Of a stretch of DNA of 64,000 nt, positions 38,607-48,203 are shown in pieces. The stretch comes from an uncultured delta proteobacterium. GTDB lineage: Bacteria; Myxococcota_A; Polyangia; Polyangiales; Polyangiaceae. The DNA lies in contig CAVOKF010000003.1 of assembly GCA_963696385.1 (NCBI GenBank), forward strand, positions 512,001-576,000, read 5' to 3'. Made by a program: the position numbers and the translations under genes. The notes beneath the pieces were generated by a model, which did not search any database, had not been told where the DNA came from, and saw only the letters and a list, made by a program, of their open reading frames with translations. Numbering within the stretch: position 1 is the stretch's first letter; every line of letters begins with the position of its first letter.

Positions 38607-38612
38607 GCCGGC

Positions 38613-39311
38613 TCAGCGCTCAAACCCAGCATGCGCAGCCATTGCCCGATCGACAACGCCAAGCACGGCCCGAGCTTCGCCGTCGCTCACGGCGCCGCAC
38701 CGACCCGCAACGAGGGCGCGCGCCGCATCACGAACGCCGGCCGTGAGCACGGTCGATGCGCCGCCGCAGGCGCGGCAGATCAAACCTCCCCGCGCCGGAT
38801 CGAGGCACGCGGCCCTGCCGGCAGGGCACGTTCGACCGCAAACGATGCATTCTTCGAGCTCGAGCCCATAGCCGACGGCGACGAGCATCGCGAGACCCGC
38901 ACGCGCCAAGTCCGTTCGCGGCGAAAGACTTCCGCGCTCAAGCGCATCCAAAAGCTCGATCAGCACTTGCCAGCCCCGTGGCTCGGGGGTGCGTGGCGGG
39001 AAGAGGTGTCGCGCCCACCGCAGCGCCACCCCGGCGACGTCGAGGGCTTCGAGGTCGGCCGCCACGCCCGGGCGGAGACGTACGATGCGTGCTTCCTTGA
39101 GCGTCGCGAGCTCGCCTCCCTTATCCTCGAGCAACACGGACACGGTATGGATGGGCTCCAGAGCTCCGCCGACGCGCCGAGATCCTTTTCGGGCACCGCG
39201 GACTACCGCAGCGACCTTGCCTGCCTGCTCCGTCACGAGTGTCGCGACGACATCGCTTTCTCGCAGCTCCACCGTCCGGACGACGAGCGCCTCGCTCTCG
39301 AGCAGCGTCAC
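38613..39311 (-). CDS. recO: DNA repair protein RecO
   Basis: N-terminal OB fold (ESD..ATL.T...GK...VRGARK), Zn motif CIVCG...CRAC. Confidence 0.92.
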   Translation of the reverse strand: MTLLESEALVVRTVELRESDVVATLVTEQAGKVAAVVRGARKGSRRVGGALEPIHTVSVLLEDKGGELATLKEARIVRLRPGVAADLEALDVAGVALRWARHLFPPRTPEPRGWQVLIELLDALERGSLSPRTDLARAGLAMLVAVGYGLELEECIVCGRTCPAGRAACLDPARGGLICRACGGASTVLTAGVRDAARALVAGRCGAVSDGEARAVLGVVDRAMAAHAGFER

Positions 39312-39865
39312 ACGACCCGTTCAAGGCCACCGAGCTCGGATCGCCGCTGCGACAGCTCCGTCGGCATGTCGTGGCCGCGCGGCTTGAGCACGATAGAAAG
39401 CGCCAACGAGAGCAAAATGAGCAGCAATACGAAGGCGATCGCCACACCAAATCGCCGTCCGTGCCCCTCGCGAGCCGCTTGCAGCGGCGTCTGCATCGGG
39501 AGCGGGGTGACGTACGCCACGCGCCGACTCGAGGTGTACCGAGCCAGGACCTCCGCGGGCAGCACGCCCACGGCTTGGGCGTACGCACGAAGAAAGCCAC
39601 GCACGAACACCTCGCCGGGCAGCTCGTCGAATCGATCCGCTTCCATGGCTTGGAGCGACGAGACCGGAATGCGCGTCACCCGCGCGAGCTCGACGAGGCT
39701 CATGCTCCGACCCATGCGATACCGCTTCAAATGGCTGCCAAGGGACTCGAGGCTCGTGGGCGCGCCGTGCCCACTCGCGGCATCCGCGGCGGCGGACGTC
39801 GGGCGCGCGATCGCCTGGGAATTCCTCGTTCCGGTGAGACCGTCGGCCGGTTGCGTCGGGGTCAT
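39308..39865 (-). CDS. RodZ-like HTH protein with TM helix
   Basis: LGSHLKRYR..TRI..LQAME...LPGEVFVRGFLRAYA followed by a TM segment. Confidence 0.88.
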   Translation of the reverse strand: MTPTQPADGLTGTRNSQAIARPTSAAADAASGHGAPTSLESLGSHLKRYRMGRSMSLVELARVTRIPVSSLQAMEADRFDELPGEVFVRGFLRAYAQAVGVLPAEVLARYTSSRRVAYVTPLPMQTPLQAAREGHGRRFGVAIAFVLLLILLSLALSIVLKPRGHDMPTELSQRRSELGGLERVV

Positions 39866-40683
39866 TGGATCCTCGCCAGCCCCTCGACGCATCCCTTGCC
39901 GGTCAGCGTGTCGGCGGACAGTTCACGGCACTTCTCCAGATCCGCTCGCGCGTCATCGAGCTTTCCAAGCCGCAGACGAACGCGAGCGCGCTCGCTCCAA
40001 GCATCCTGAAGCCGTTGGCATTCGGGTGCTTCGACGGAGAGCGCGTTCGTGAGACTCTGCTCTGCGGCGACGAAATCGCCCTTTTTTTCGTAGGCCACCC
40101 CTAACCGGTAGTGGCCCACGCAAAAGCGCGGCTCGGTGATTGAGTTCTTCAACGATTCGATTCCTTCGTCGAGATGCCCCGCACCTACTTGAGCCCACCC
40201 AAGGTTTCCCCAGGCAAGAAAGCTCGATTCGAACGCGGAGTCCTTGGTGAGGGGCGCGAGAACGGCAATGGCGTCTTGGTAGCGTTCTTCCAAGATCAAA
40301 ATTTGACCCAATGTATTTTTGGCCTCACGAAACGTTTCATCGGCTTTCAGAGCGCCGCGAGCATACGTTTCAGCTTCTTTCAGGTGGCAGTCCGGGTCTC
40401 GGAGCTCCAGCTTGCGGGAGCAAAAAAAAAGCTGAATCAACGAAGCAAAGTACAAGGCGTGGGCGTTGTGGTCGTCGACTTCAATGGCCTTACGGCAGTG
40501 ATCGAGGGCAACTCGCTGCTGACCCCGGTAGAAGTAGTCACGCGCTAAGTCGTACTCGGCCTCGCTTTGGCGCTGAGGATCGGCTCCTGGTGATGCGGCG
40601 CCCTTTGGGGTGCATCCTGCTCCGGTGGTCAGCAAAGCGACCCCGAACCGCGTGGTTACGACCGCTCGTTGCAAAAATGCCAC
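39862..40683 (-). CDS. TPR lipoprotein, Tgl/PilF-like type IV pilus pilotin
   Basis: Lipobox GAGC, tandem TPRs (AKNTLG, AWGNLGW, GHYRLG), several Cys; located upstream of HTH-recO. Confidence 0.75.
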   Translation of the reverse strand: MAFLQRAVVTTRFGVALLTTGAGCTPKGAASPGADPQRQSEAEYDLARDYFYRGQQRVALDHCRKAIEVDDHNAHALYFASLIQLFFCSRKLELRDPDCHLKEAETYARGALKADETFREAKNTLGQILILEERYQDAIAVLAPLTKDSAFESSFLAWGNLGWAQVGAGHLDEGIESLKNSITEPRFCVGHYRLGVAYEKKGDFVAAEQSLTNALSVEAPECQRLQDAWSERARVRLRLGKLDDARADLEKCRELSADTLTGKGCVEGLARIQ

Positions 40684-40852
40684 ACGCTTCAGGGCCCACC
40701 GGGCTTACCTTACAAGGGACCGGCAAGTCAACCGCGCCAACGCCGGCCAGCCATGCCATGCTCATGCGCTCAGCCTAGGTGGTTCGGCTGAGTCCGTCGG
40801 GCTGCTCCCGTCGGTAATGGCCCCCGCTGGGGCCGGGAGACTCCATCGAGTC

Positions 40853-41449
40853 ATGGGTCGAGTGGCAAGTGTGTCGCGCGAGACGAAGGAAACCAAGGTC
40901 GAGGTGACAGCCAATGTCGATGGCTCGGGGCGATCCGATATCGAGACGCCCCTTCCCTTCCTCAGTCACATGGTCGATCAGCTCGCCCGCCACGGACTCA
41001 TCGACTTGACAGTGCGGGCACGCGGCGACATCGAGATCGATGGCCATCACACGACCGAGGACGTCGGACTGGTCATCGGCCAATGTGTGGCCAAGGCCAT
41101 TGGCGATAAGGCCGGTCTCGTCCGCTACGGCTGGGCCACGCTACCCATGGATGAAGCGCGGGCGACGTGCGCCGTCGACCTCTCCGGGCGGACGCACTTC
41201 GTTTGGGAGGTGCCCCTTCCCGCGGGCGCAAAGCTCGGGACGTGGGACGTCGAACTCGCCCCGGTCTTTTTCGAAGCGTTCGCACGCGGCGCCCAGTGCA
41301 ACTTGCACGTCGTGCTGCACCGAGGAGAAATCCTCCATCACATCGTCGAGGTCAGTTTCAAGGCGCTTGCGCGTGCCTTGCGAGAGGCGCTGCGAGTCGA
41401 TCCGCGGGCGACGGGCGTGCCGTCCACCAAGGGAGATCTCACCGACTGA
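40853..41449 (+). CDS. hisB: Imidazoleglycerol-phosphate dehydratase
   Basis: RETKET, DGHHTTEDVG, PMDEA, HHIVE, PSTKG. Confidence 0.97.
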   Translation: MGRVASVSRETKETKVEVTANVDGSGRSDIETPLPFLSHMVDQLARHGLIDLTVRARGDIEIDGHHTTEDVGLVIGQCVAKAIGDKAGLVRYGWATLPMDEARATCAVDLSGRTHFVWEVPLPAGAKLGTWDVELAPVFFEAFARGAQCNLHVVLHRGEILHHIVEVSFKALARALREALRVDPRATGVPSTKGDLTD

Positions 41450-41675
41450 GGCTGTGTCGGCGCTGGGCGATGGGGCAGGGCGAAAAGGTCGGGAACGCGG
41501 TCGCGCCGGTACGGCTCCAGTGCGGGCGTCGGCTCCGCGGCGATCGGGGTCAGGTCGAAGAGTCGCTCACGATCTACAACCTCGGGCGGGCCGCGTGGCA
41601 GCCCGACCGCCGACCTGAGTCGCAGGGACACCGGAAATTGGGCCGCGTTTGCTCAAGCGTTCGAACATTCGGTCC

Positions 41676-42041
41676 ATGGACGAACGCCGAATCAAGCGAA
41701 GCACGGAGCAGGTGGAAGCCCTCCAATTTTTGGTCGAAACCGTCGCGGACCGCAGCCACCTGCGGGCCCTCGTACTCGTCGACGACGCGGGACGGATTGT
41801 AGCGGGCATGGGCATCCCAGACGACGTGGCTGGGCTCGTCCACACCGCACGGGACGTAGCCTCGGGACGCGCCTCGGTCACCCAAGTGGACGCGGCCACG
41901 CGCGGTCGAGACGTCACCGCCCGCAGCATTGCGACGCGCGACGGAATGCTCTACTTCGGAGCGATCGGGGACCGGGTCGCGCGGGTCGGAGACGCGGTCC
42001 GGGCCGTGCAGCGGATCCTGTGCGAGAGCCGACCCTCCTGA
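41676..42041 (+). CDS. Hypothetical protein, roadblock/profilin-like
   Basis: ERRIKRS N-terminus, LVLVDDAGRIVAG, ends VQRIL. Confidence 0.65.
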   Translation: MDERRIKRSTEQVEALQFLVETVADRSHLRALVLVDDAGRIVAGMGIPDDVAGLVHTARDVASGRASVTQVDAATRGRDVTARSIATRDGMLYFGAIGDRVARVGDAVRAVQRILCESRPS

Positions 42042-42130
42042 AGATCTGACCCGAACGCCGCAACGTTTCCGCGGAGGCATTCGATGGGGTGGCGACGCCC
42101 GATCCATCGTGAGCGTCCCGGGAGACAGAG

Positions 42131-42331
42131 ATGACGCCCATCGACCCCGCCAGGCGGGACGCCGCCGCGATCGCCCTTGCTCGGGCGAGCGCTCACCTCG
42201 ACCTGCTGACACGAATCGCAGCCGCCCACGCGCGACACGAGGCAGCCGCGCGCCGAATGCTCGCCGTCCTCGAGGTCCTGAGGCCGCTCGTCGCGGCCGT
42301 TGGGCACCTGATTCCAGAGCCAAGACAGTAA
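42131..42331 (+). CDS. Small hypothetical helical protein
   Basis: 66-aa ORF with upstream GGAG; no recognisable motif. Confidence 0.35.
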   Translation: MTPIDPARRDAAAIALARASAHLDLLTRIAAAHARHEAAARRMLAVLEVLRPLVAAVGHLIPEPRQ

Positions 42332-42499
42332 CCAGGCGCGAGCGAGGCAGATGGCCAGAAACGCTCGAGTAGGCGCATTCATCGCCAGACTACCCGCGCG
42401 TGCGGCGCCCAGTCCGGAGCGAGTTGGCCACTCCTGCCTCCCTCAGCGACTGACCCTGCACCCCAACAGTCTGACCCTAAGTATCCTGAATCATTGGGG

Positions 42500-42583
42500 T
42501 GCGAAGGAGGGGACTTGAACCCCTATGCCAGTTACGGCGCTAGCACCTCAAGCTAGTGCGTCTGCCAATTCCGCCACCTTCGC
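42500..42583 (-). tRNA. tRNA-Leu (anticodon GAG)
   Basis: GCGAAGGTGGCGGAATTGGCAGACGCACTAGCTTGAGGTGCTAGCGCCGTAACTGGCATAGGGGTTCAAGTCCCCTCCTTCGCA, with a long variable arm. Confidence 0.96.
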
Positions 42584-42870
42584 GAGGGAACGACCGTGTA
42601 ACCGGGGGGTTGGCCGATCGTCAAGCAAACTCGCCCTGCGATCCGGTCCTATAGCATGGGCAGCACGGCCCGTAGCGATGCGCAGTAGGAAACGCCGCCA
42701 GGACGCCGCGGTGATCCGTCCGTGACGGCGACCTTCTCCATGGGCAGGCAGCACGGCCCCAGCATGCGCCGATTCATCGTTCGAGTCCCCGAACGCCGAT
42801 TCTGCGCGCCCGACTCGACGGCCCCATGCTCGGCACCGCTCCGATCGTGCACGACGGTTCTCGGATTGCG

Positions 42871-43938
42871 TCAACTCCCGTTGCGGGATGCGTTGACCAG
42901 AACGCTCACAATCTCGCCCACCTCGAACGGCTTGCGGACCCACCGAATCGCCTCGCCCTGCAAATCGTCGGGCAAACCGGCAGCGCTGCCGCTGATGAAG
43001 ACGAGCACGGCGTCGGGCGAGCCGCGGCGAAGGGCATCGAAGGCGCCGCGCACGTCGTGCGCGATCGGAGACAGATCGACGAGCGCCGCGTCGTGCTCTT
43101 CGCCGGCGTGCTCGACGAGTTCGGCCGCAGTGCGTGCCACAACGACTTGCGCGCCCCGCGCCCCGAGTGCCGACTCGAGCAGCGTTGCCACGTCGACGTC
43201 GTCTTCCACGACCAGTATGCGAGTACCAGCCAGGACGGCCGCACGCGGCGCCGACATCGGCGGAGGGGGAGGCTCCGCACGTGGCCAACGCAGCCTGAAG
43301 CTTGCTCCCTTGGACAATCCATCGGAGGCCAGTTCGAGCTCGCCGCCCGCGGCGCGTGCAATCGCGCGGGCATGCGGGAGTCCTACACCCGCTCCGCCTT
43401 CGCGCGTCGACGCCCCCTCGAAGATACGGCTTGCGTGTCCCGACGCGACGCCGGGACCCTGGTCCTTCACGACAATCGAGGTGCCCGATGCATCGGCTAG
43501 CGCTTCGATCGTGACGCTGCTCTGCGGAGGCGCCCAGGAGAGCGCATTCAGCAGGAGATTGGTGAGCACCTGCGCCACGTCCGCAGCGAGCAACACTCGC
43601 ACGCCCGGACATCGACGCGCGATGAGGACCGTAACGCCCGCGCGTTGCGCCTCCACCGATAGCGTCTCGACGACGTCGGCAATCACGACGTCGAGCATCT
43701 CCTCGCGGTTGTCCACGTCGGTCTCGGCTCCGATAGCGCGGCGCGCAAGGTCTCGCGCCGCCCGAGCACGATGCTCGACGATCGCCAGGGCGCGATTGAG
43801 CTGCTCGTCGGAGGTGCGTCCGGTCCGGGCCTCCGCCACCCAGCCTAGGAGCACGGTCAGGGCGTTGGAAACATCGTGCAGCGCGCCGGTAACGTCACGA
43901 TGCGGGTCTCCCGGAGGAATGTTGCTCCATTGGCTCAA
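42871..43938 (-). CDS. Hybrid histidine kinase / receiver protein
   Basis: H-box LHDVSNAL, NLLLNA, DQGPG, GAGVGL, C-terminal REC (VVEDD, LVD, RKPF). Start approximate. Confidence 0.88.
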   Translation of the reverse strand: MSQWSNIPPGDPHRDVTGALHDVSNALTVLLGWVAEARTGRTSDEQLNRALAIVEHRARAARDLARRAIGAETDVDNREEMLDVVIADVVETLSVEAQRAGVTVLIARRCPGVRVLLAADVAQVLTNLLLNALSWAPPQSSVTIEALADASGTSIVVKDQGPGVASGHASRIFEGASTREGGAGVGLPHARAIARAAGGELELASDGLSKGASFRLRWPRAEPPPPPMSAPRAAVLAGTRILVVEDDVDVATLLESALGARGAQVVVARTAAELVEHAGEEHDAALVDLSPIAHDVRGAFDALRRGSPDAVLVFISGSAAGLPDDLQGEAIRWVRKPFEVGEIVSVLVNASRNGS

Positions 43939-44031
43939 TCGGCCCGAACCGCCCTGCTGCACACTGAGAACGCTACGACATCTGCCTGTTCGGGTCACGC
44001 TCTCGAAATATTTCTGCGCCGGGGCCGGAAA

Positions 44032-45330
44032 TCACTCCACGGCCCTCGCGTCATCGCCCGCCTGGGCGACGATAACCGACAACGCCTTACGTGCCGCTTC
44101 GATGGTTACGTCGCGGGCTTCGACGATGAGAGCGGCGACCCTCTCCACCTGATGAGCCGCGGCACCCGCCGCGAGCGCGACCGACCGCGCGTGCAGCCCC
44201 ATGTGTCCGCGCTGGATCCCATCGGTCGCAAGCGCTCGGAGGGCGGCCAGATTCGAGGCCAGACCCACGGACGCCGCGATAGCCGCAAGCTGTTGAGCAT
44301 CGGTTACGCCCAGCATTCGAAGCGACAGGCGCGCCGCGGGGTGGACACGCAGGGTACCCCCGACGGTCCCCAAGGCCAGCGGCATCTCGAGCCGTCCCTC
44401 GAGATGGGCGCCGTCGCGCCGCCAGGTCGCGAGAGGCCGATAGTGACCCGTTCGCGTGGCGTAGGCGTGTGCGCCCGCTTCGACGGCGCGCCAGTCGTTG
44501 CCGGTGGCGATGACAACGGCATCCACACCGTTCATGATGCCCTTGTTGTGGGTCGCTGCGCGATACGGATCGAGCTCGGCAAATCGCGACGCATTGACGA
44601 TGCCGTCGACGACGTCGCTCCCGTTCATTTCGTCGGTCGCGAGGACTTCGGGCGCTACGCGGCATCGCACACGTACGCAGCGCCTATCGCACAGGTTGGA
44701 TAGAATTCGCAGTCCGACCCGTCCGCCCCCGATCTCGGCGATCCGATGGGCAACCGCCTCCGCTGCCCCGTTGACGAGGTTGGCGCCCATTGCGTCTTGG
44801 CAGTCGATGATGATGTGCGCGACGACCATGTCGGGCGCCAGTACCCGCGCCTCGATCTCGCGCGCGCCGCCGCCTCGTGCGACCAAACCGCTCAGCGAGC
44901 GATTGGCCAAGTCGATGATGGACGGCTCGTGATCGCGGATGCGCTGTGCGCATCCCGGCGCGTCTCGAACGTCGACCAGCTGAACCTGAGCAATCATCAG
45001 CGGCGGATCGGCCTCGGCATGGAATCCCCCCCCGCTGCGGACCATTTTGGCCGCGTTCGATGCAGCGGCGACGACGCTCGGTTCCTCGATGACCATAGGC
45101 ACGACGTAGTCGTGCCCGTTGACGCGCACGTTCAACGTTACTCCGTAGGGAAGCGCGTAGGTGCCCAGCACGTTCTCGACAAACTTGTCGGCCGTCTCGG
45201 CATCCAAGCCACCTCCTTCGAGCGCGCATTCGATGTCGCTTGGTTCGGCACCTGTGGCCTCGCCGACGAGTGCGCGGCGCTCTTGGACAGTGATTTTGTA
45301 AAATCCAGGAAGTCGAGAAGTTCGGGCCAT
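44032..45330 (-). CDS. mvaA: HMG-CoA reductase, class II
   Basis: ENVLG, EEPSVVAAAS, DAMGAN, RAATHNKG, GNDWRA, GHMGLH. Confidence 0.95.
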   Translation of the reverse strand: MARTSRLPGFYKITVQERRALVGEATGAEPSDIECALEGGGLDAETADKFVENVLGTYALPYGVTLNVRVNGHDYVVPMVIEEPSVVAAASNAAKMVRSGGGFHAEADPPLMIAQVQLVDVRDAPGCAQRIRDHEPSIIDLANRSLSGLVARGGGAREIEARVLAPDMVVAHIIIDCQDAMGANLVNGAAEAVAHRIAEIGGGRVGLRILSNLCDRRCVRVRCRVAPEVLATDEMNGSDVVDGIVNASRFAELDPYRAATHNKGIMNGVDAVVIATGNDWRAVEAGAHAYATRTGHYRPLATWRRDGAHLEGRLEMPLALGTVGGTLRVHPAARLSLRMLGVTDAQQLAAIAASVGLASNLAALRALATDGIQRGHMGLHARSVALAAGAAAHQVERVAALIVEARDVTIEAARKALSVIVAQAGDDARAVE

Positions 45331-45334
45331 TGTT

Positions 45335-46249
45335 CTAGTTTCCCTCCTGTCGGAGACAGAGCCGGACCCCGCCGTGGTCGATGCGAAGTTCCAGCGGCAC
45401 AAGTCCGAGCGCCGACGCGCGCACTTCGAACCGCGCAGACGGCGAGGTCAGTCCCAGCCACACTGCGACGTCTCCTCCGCCGGCGCCCGACGGCAGGAAT
45501 GCGGCGTTTTCGCTCGCGGCGAACGTTGCCAGCTCGGCGCACGAAGCCGGCACGATCGGGGCGCCGGCGACGCCGCCGAGCTCCGACAGGAGGCTCCCGT
45601 ATTGCCGCACCGACTGGATGAAGAGCGCGCCGTCCGAACGCACCGACTCCGCTGCCACGACGGCGGCTGCGAACATGGCCGCATCCAGGGCACTCGCCTC
45701 TCGAGGCCGCAGGCGACGTGCGTCGCGAACACGCGCCAATAGGTCGCTCGTGCGCGCGCTCTCGCCGGCAAAGTATGCCTTTAGGACGAGCTCGCGCGGA
45801 AAATCGATGGATTCGACTGAGGCACGCGTCCCGTCGATCGCGTACCGTTGCACGCCACCGTACACAGCCGCGGCCACATCGATTCCGCTGCCCCCGCCCT
45901 GCGCCTGGGCATGGGCGTGGCGCGCGGCGCGAAAGATCGTGTCGCGAACGGACGCATCGGACAGGTCTTGCCCGCGGTCGAGCGCCCGCGCGGCGAGCGA
46001 TGCGACGAGCGCTGCGGCGCTCGAACCGAGCCCGAGTTTCGTGCCGGATTCGTCCTGCAGCATTCGAACGTCGACCTCGGGAGCCGGGTCGACGCCGAAC
46101 GCGGCCCGAACTTCGGCCGTCGGCTCCGACGCCCGACGCGATGCATCCGCGATTGCATAGCGATCTACAGCCATGACAATCGCGGGCGCGCCGTCGAGGA
46201 CAGCGTACGCGCCCGTGAGCACGAGTTTGCCCGGGGCGATCGCTCTCAT
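45335..46249 (-). CDS. Phosphomevalonate kinase (GHMP family)
   Basis: APGKLVLTGAYAVL, KLGLGSSAA, GSGIDVAAA, SGAGGGD; operon context. Confidence 0.88.
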   Translation of the reverse strand: MRAIAPGKLVLTGAYAVLDGAPAIVMAVDRYAIADASRRASEPTAEVRAAFGVDPAPEVDVRMLQDESGTKLGLGSSAAALVASLAARALDRGQDLSDASVRDTIFRAARHAHAQAQGGGSGIDVAAAVYGGVQRYAIDGTRASVESIDFPRELVLKAYFAGESARTSDLLARVRDARRLRPREASALDAAMFAAAVVAAESVRSDGALFIQSVRQYGSLLSELGGVAGAPIVPASCAELATFAASENAAFLPSGAGGGDVAVWLGLTSPSARFEVRASALGLVPLELRIDHGGVRLCLRQEGN

Positions 46250-47244
46250 GCCTGGCGACCGTCGGAGGTGAGCCGAGCGCCCTCACCCAGAGGTGACTCG
46301 ATGACGCGGTGCACGCCGGGCAGGGCGCGCACAGCGTCGCCCACACGATCGGCGTCGCCGGGACGAACGAGGACCTTGACATGCGGGCCCGCATCCATCG
46401 TCGCGAATGCCGCTGTGCCGGCGTCACGCAGTCCGCGCACGGCAGCGAGGATCTCGAGCGTCGCGCCGCTCCAGTAGATGACGCCCGCAGCGATCGCGCT
46501 CGCGTGCATGGCGAGAGCACTCGCTTCGGCCAGCCCACCCATCGCGGCGAAGTCCCGCTTGAGCACGGCTTCGCGCAACTGCGCGTGCATCCGGGCCGCC
46601 GCTTGGAACCACGCCTCGGCATACGGACTGCGCGCCATCGTCGCGCGCATTCCGTCCGTCGACCCGACCGGCTTGGTGCCCTCGGTCGTCACGCAGACCA
46701 GAACGACGATGGGCAAGTGTTCGGCGGGCACAACGGGGTGTGCGGCGAGCATTTCGTCCTCTCGCAGGGGCAAGAGAGAGCCCGCAGCGAGTTCGACGTA
46801 GCCACCGAAGAGGCTTCTTGCCGCGCTCGCGGAGCTTTTTCGCGCGAGATTGCTCACACGCGCGGCATCCCAATCCAGGCCCGCCGCGCGGGCGGCCGCC
46901 AAGGCGAGAGCGGCGAAGCCGGACGCACTCGAAGCCAGTCCGCTAGCCGTCGGAAAATCGTTGCGGGATTCCACAAGAGCGCGCCGCGACTCGCCCGCAG
47001 CGGACCGAACGCGGTCCATCAACTGGACGACCCGCGCGCGCGCCCGATCGTCCGCGGTGGCCCCGTTGAGCACCACGCGATCTTCGGACAGCCCGGCATC
47101 GAACCGAACCCACGTACGGGTCGCAAGGCCCCCCAGTGTGACGGACAGACTCGGCACCGCCGGGAAGTTCCCAGGACCCTCGCGCTTGCCCCAATACTTC
47201 GACAAGGCGACGTTCGGATGCGCCAAAGCGGCTGCCTCGCTCAT
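46246..47244 (-). CDS. mvaD: Diphosphomevalonate decarboxylase
   Basis: NVALSKYWGK, PTASGLASSASG, SASAARS, TMDAGPHVK. Confidence 0.95.
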   Translation of the reverse strand: MSEAAALAHPNVALSKYWGKREGPGNFPAVPSLSVTLGGLATRTWVRFDAGLSEDRVVLNGATADDRARARVVQLMDRVRSAAGESRRALVESRNDFPTASGLASSASGFAALALAAARAAGLDWDAARVSNLARKSSASAARSLFGGYVELAAGSLLPLREDEMLAAHPVVPAEHLPIVVLVCVTTEGTKPVGSTDGMRATMARSPYAEAWFQAAARMHAQLREAVLKRDFAAMGGLAEASALAMHASAIAAGVIYWSGATLEILAAVRGLRDAGTAAFATMDAGPHVKVLVRPGDADRVGDAVRALPGVHRVIESPLGEGARLTSDGRQA

Positions 47245-48203
47245 GGCATGCTCTCGGTCTTTAGCCCATCGATCTCGTGAATGCGCGCCTCGGGCGCCAC
47301 CTGGGTGGAGAATCCCGGGAATCCGGCCAGCCTCCAAGCCGCCAGGACGGCATCGGCCACCGACTGAGTCGGCACAAGCGCCACCACACTTCCTCCGCCA
47401 CCCGCCCCCGTGAGCTTTGCGCCTAGAGCGCCGCAGTCGCGAGCCAAACCACAGAGTCGTTCAATCTCGGGCGTCGACACGAACAGACCGCCCAGCAGCA
47501 TTTGATTGAGGTCCATCAAGCGGCCGAGCGCCACTCGATCGCCGGCTTCAATCGCGAGCCGCGCGTTGTTCACGAGAACGCGAATGGCCTCGAACGACTT
47601 CTCGATGACCTCCGGTCGACGAGTCCGAAGGCGAGCGACGGCCTCGACCATGGACTTCGTGCTGGACGCCATTCCCGTGTTTCCGATGCACAGGTGAATC
47701 GCGCCACGCGCCCGCACCGGCTCAAGCTTGGATCCTTTGCGAAAAAGCACGCACCCCCCACGCGCGGCGACGGCGGCGTCAACTCCGCTCGGATTGCCGT
47801 GAAATACCTGCTCCCAGACCATCGCCCGGTCTTGTATGGCGGCTGGGCCGAGCCACGGCTCGATGGCGCGCGCGATGGCGACCCCCATCGCGGCGGAGCA
47901 CCCCAAGCCTCCGCCCGGCGGGAGGTTCGCTTCCACTTCCACCGAGTGGGGTCCGAACGAGGGATGCGCGGCACGAGCCGCCTCGATCAACGCGCGAAAT
48001 GCGCGGGCCAGGTCGTGGGTGTCCTCCTCCAAGACGCTGATGTTCCATCCGCGCACCAGCAACCGGCTCGGACCGGTCTCGAGCGGAATGGCCTGCGCGC
48101 GGGCACCCCGATCGATCCCAACCGCCAGGGCGGGCACGCCGTAGACGACCGCGTGCTCGCCGAGGAGGATCACCTTGCCGCAAGCAAGTCCGCAACCACT
48201 CAT
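47241..48203 (-). CDS. mvk: Mevalonate kinase
   Basis: GKVILLGEHAVVYG, PGGGLGCSAA, HGNPSGVD, KLTGAGGGG. Confidence 0.94.
   Translation of the reverse strand: MSGCGLACGKVILLGEHAVVYGVPALAVGIDRGARAQAIPLETGPSRLLVRGWNISVLEEDTHDLARAFRALIEAARAAHPSFGPHSVEVEANLPPGGGLGCSAAMGVAIARAIEPWLGPAAIQDRAMVWEQVFHGNPSGVDAAVAARGGCVLFRKGSKLEPVRARGAIHLCIGNTGMASSTKSMVEAVARLRTRRPEVIEKSFEAIRVLVNNARLAIEAGDRVALGRLMDLNQMLLGGLFVSTPEIERLCGLARDCGALGAKLTGAGGGGSVVALVPTQSVADAVLAAWRLAGFPGFSTQVAPEARIHEIDGLKTESMP

Noticed and set aside
40422..40430. A9 tract in the Tgl-like gene as a phase-variation site
   Set aside because: The frame is intact (QLFFCS) and nothing in the sequence indicates switching.
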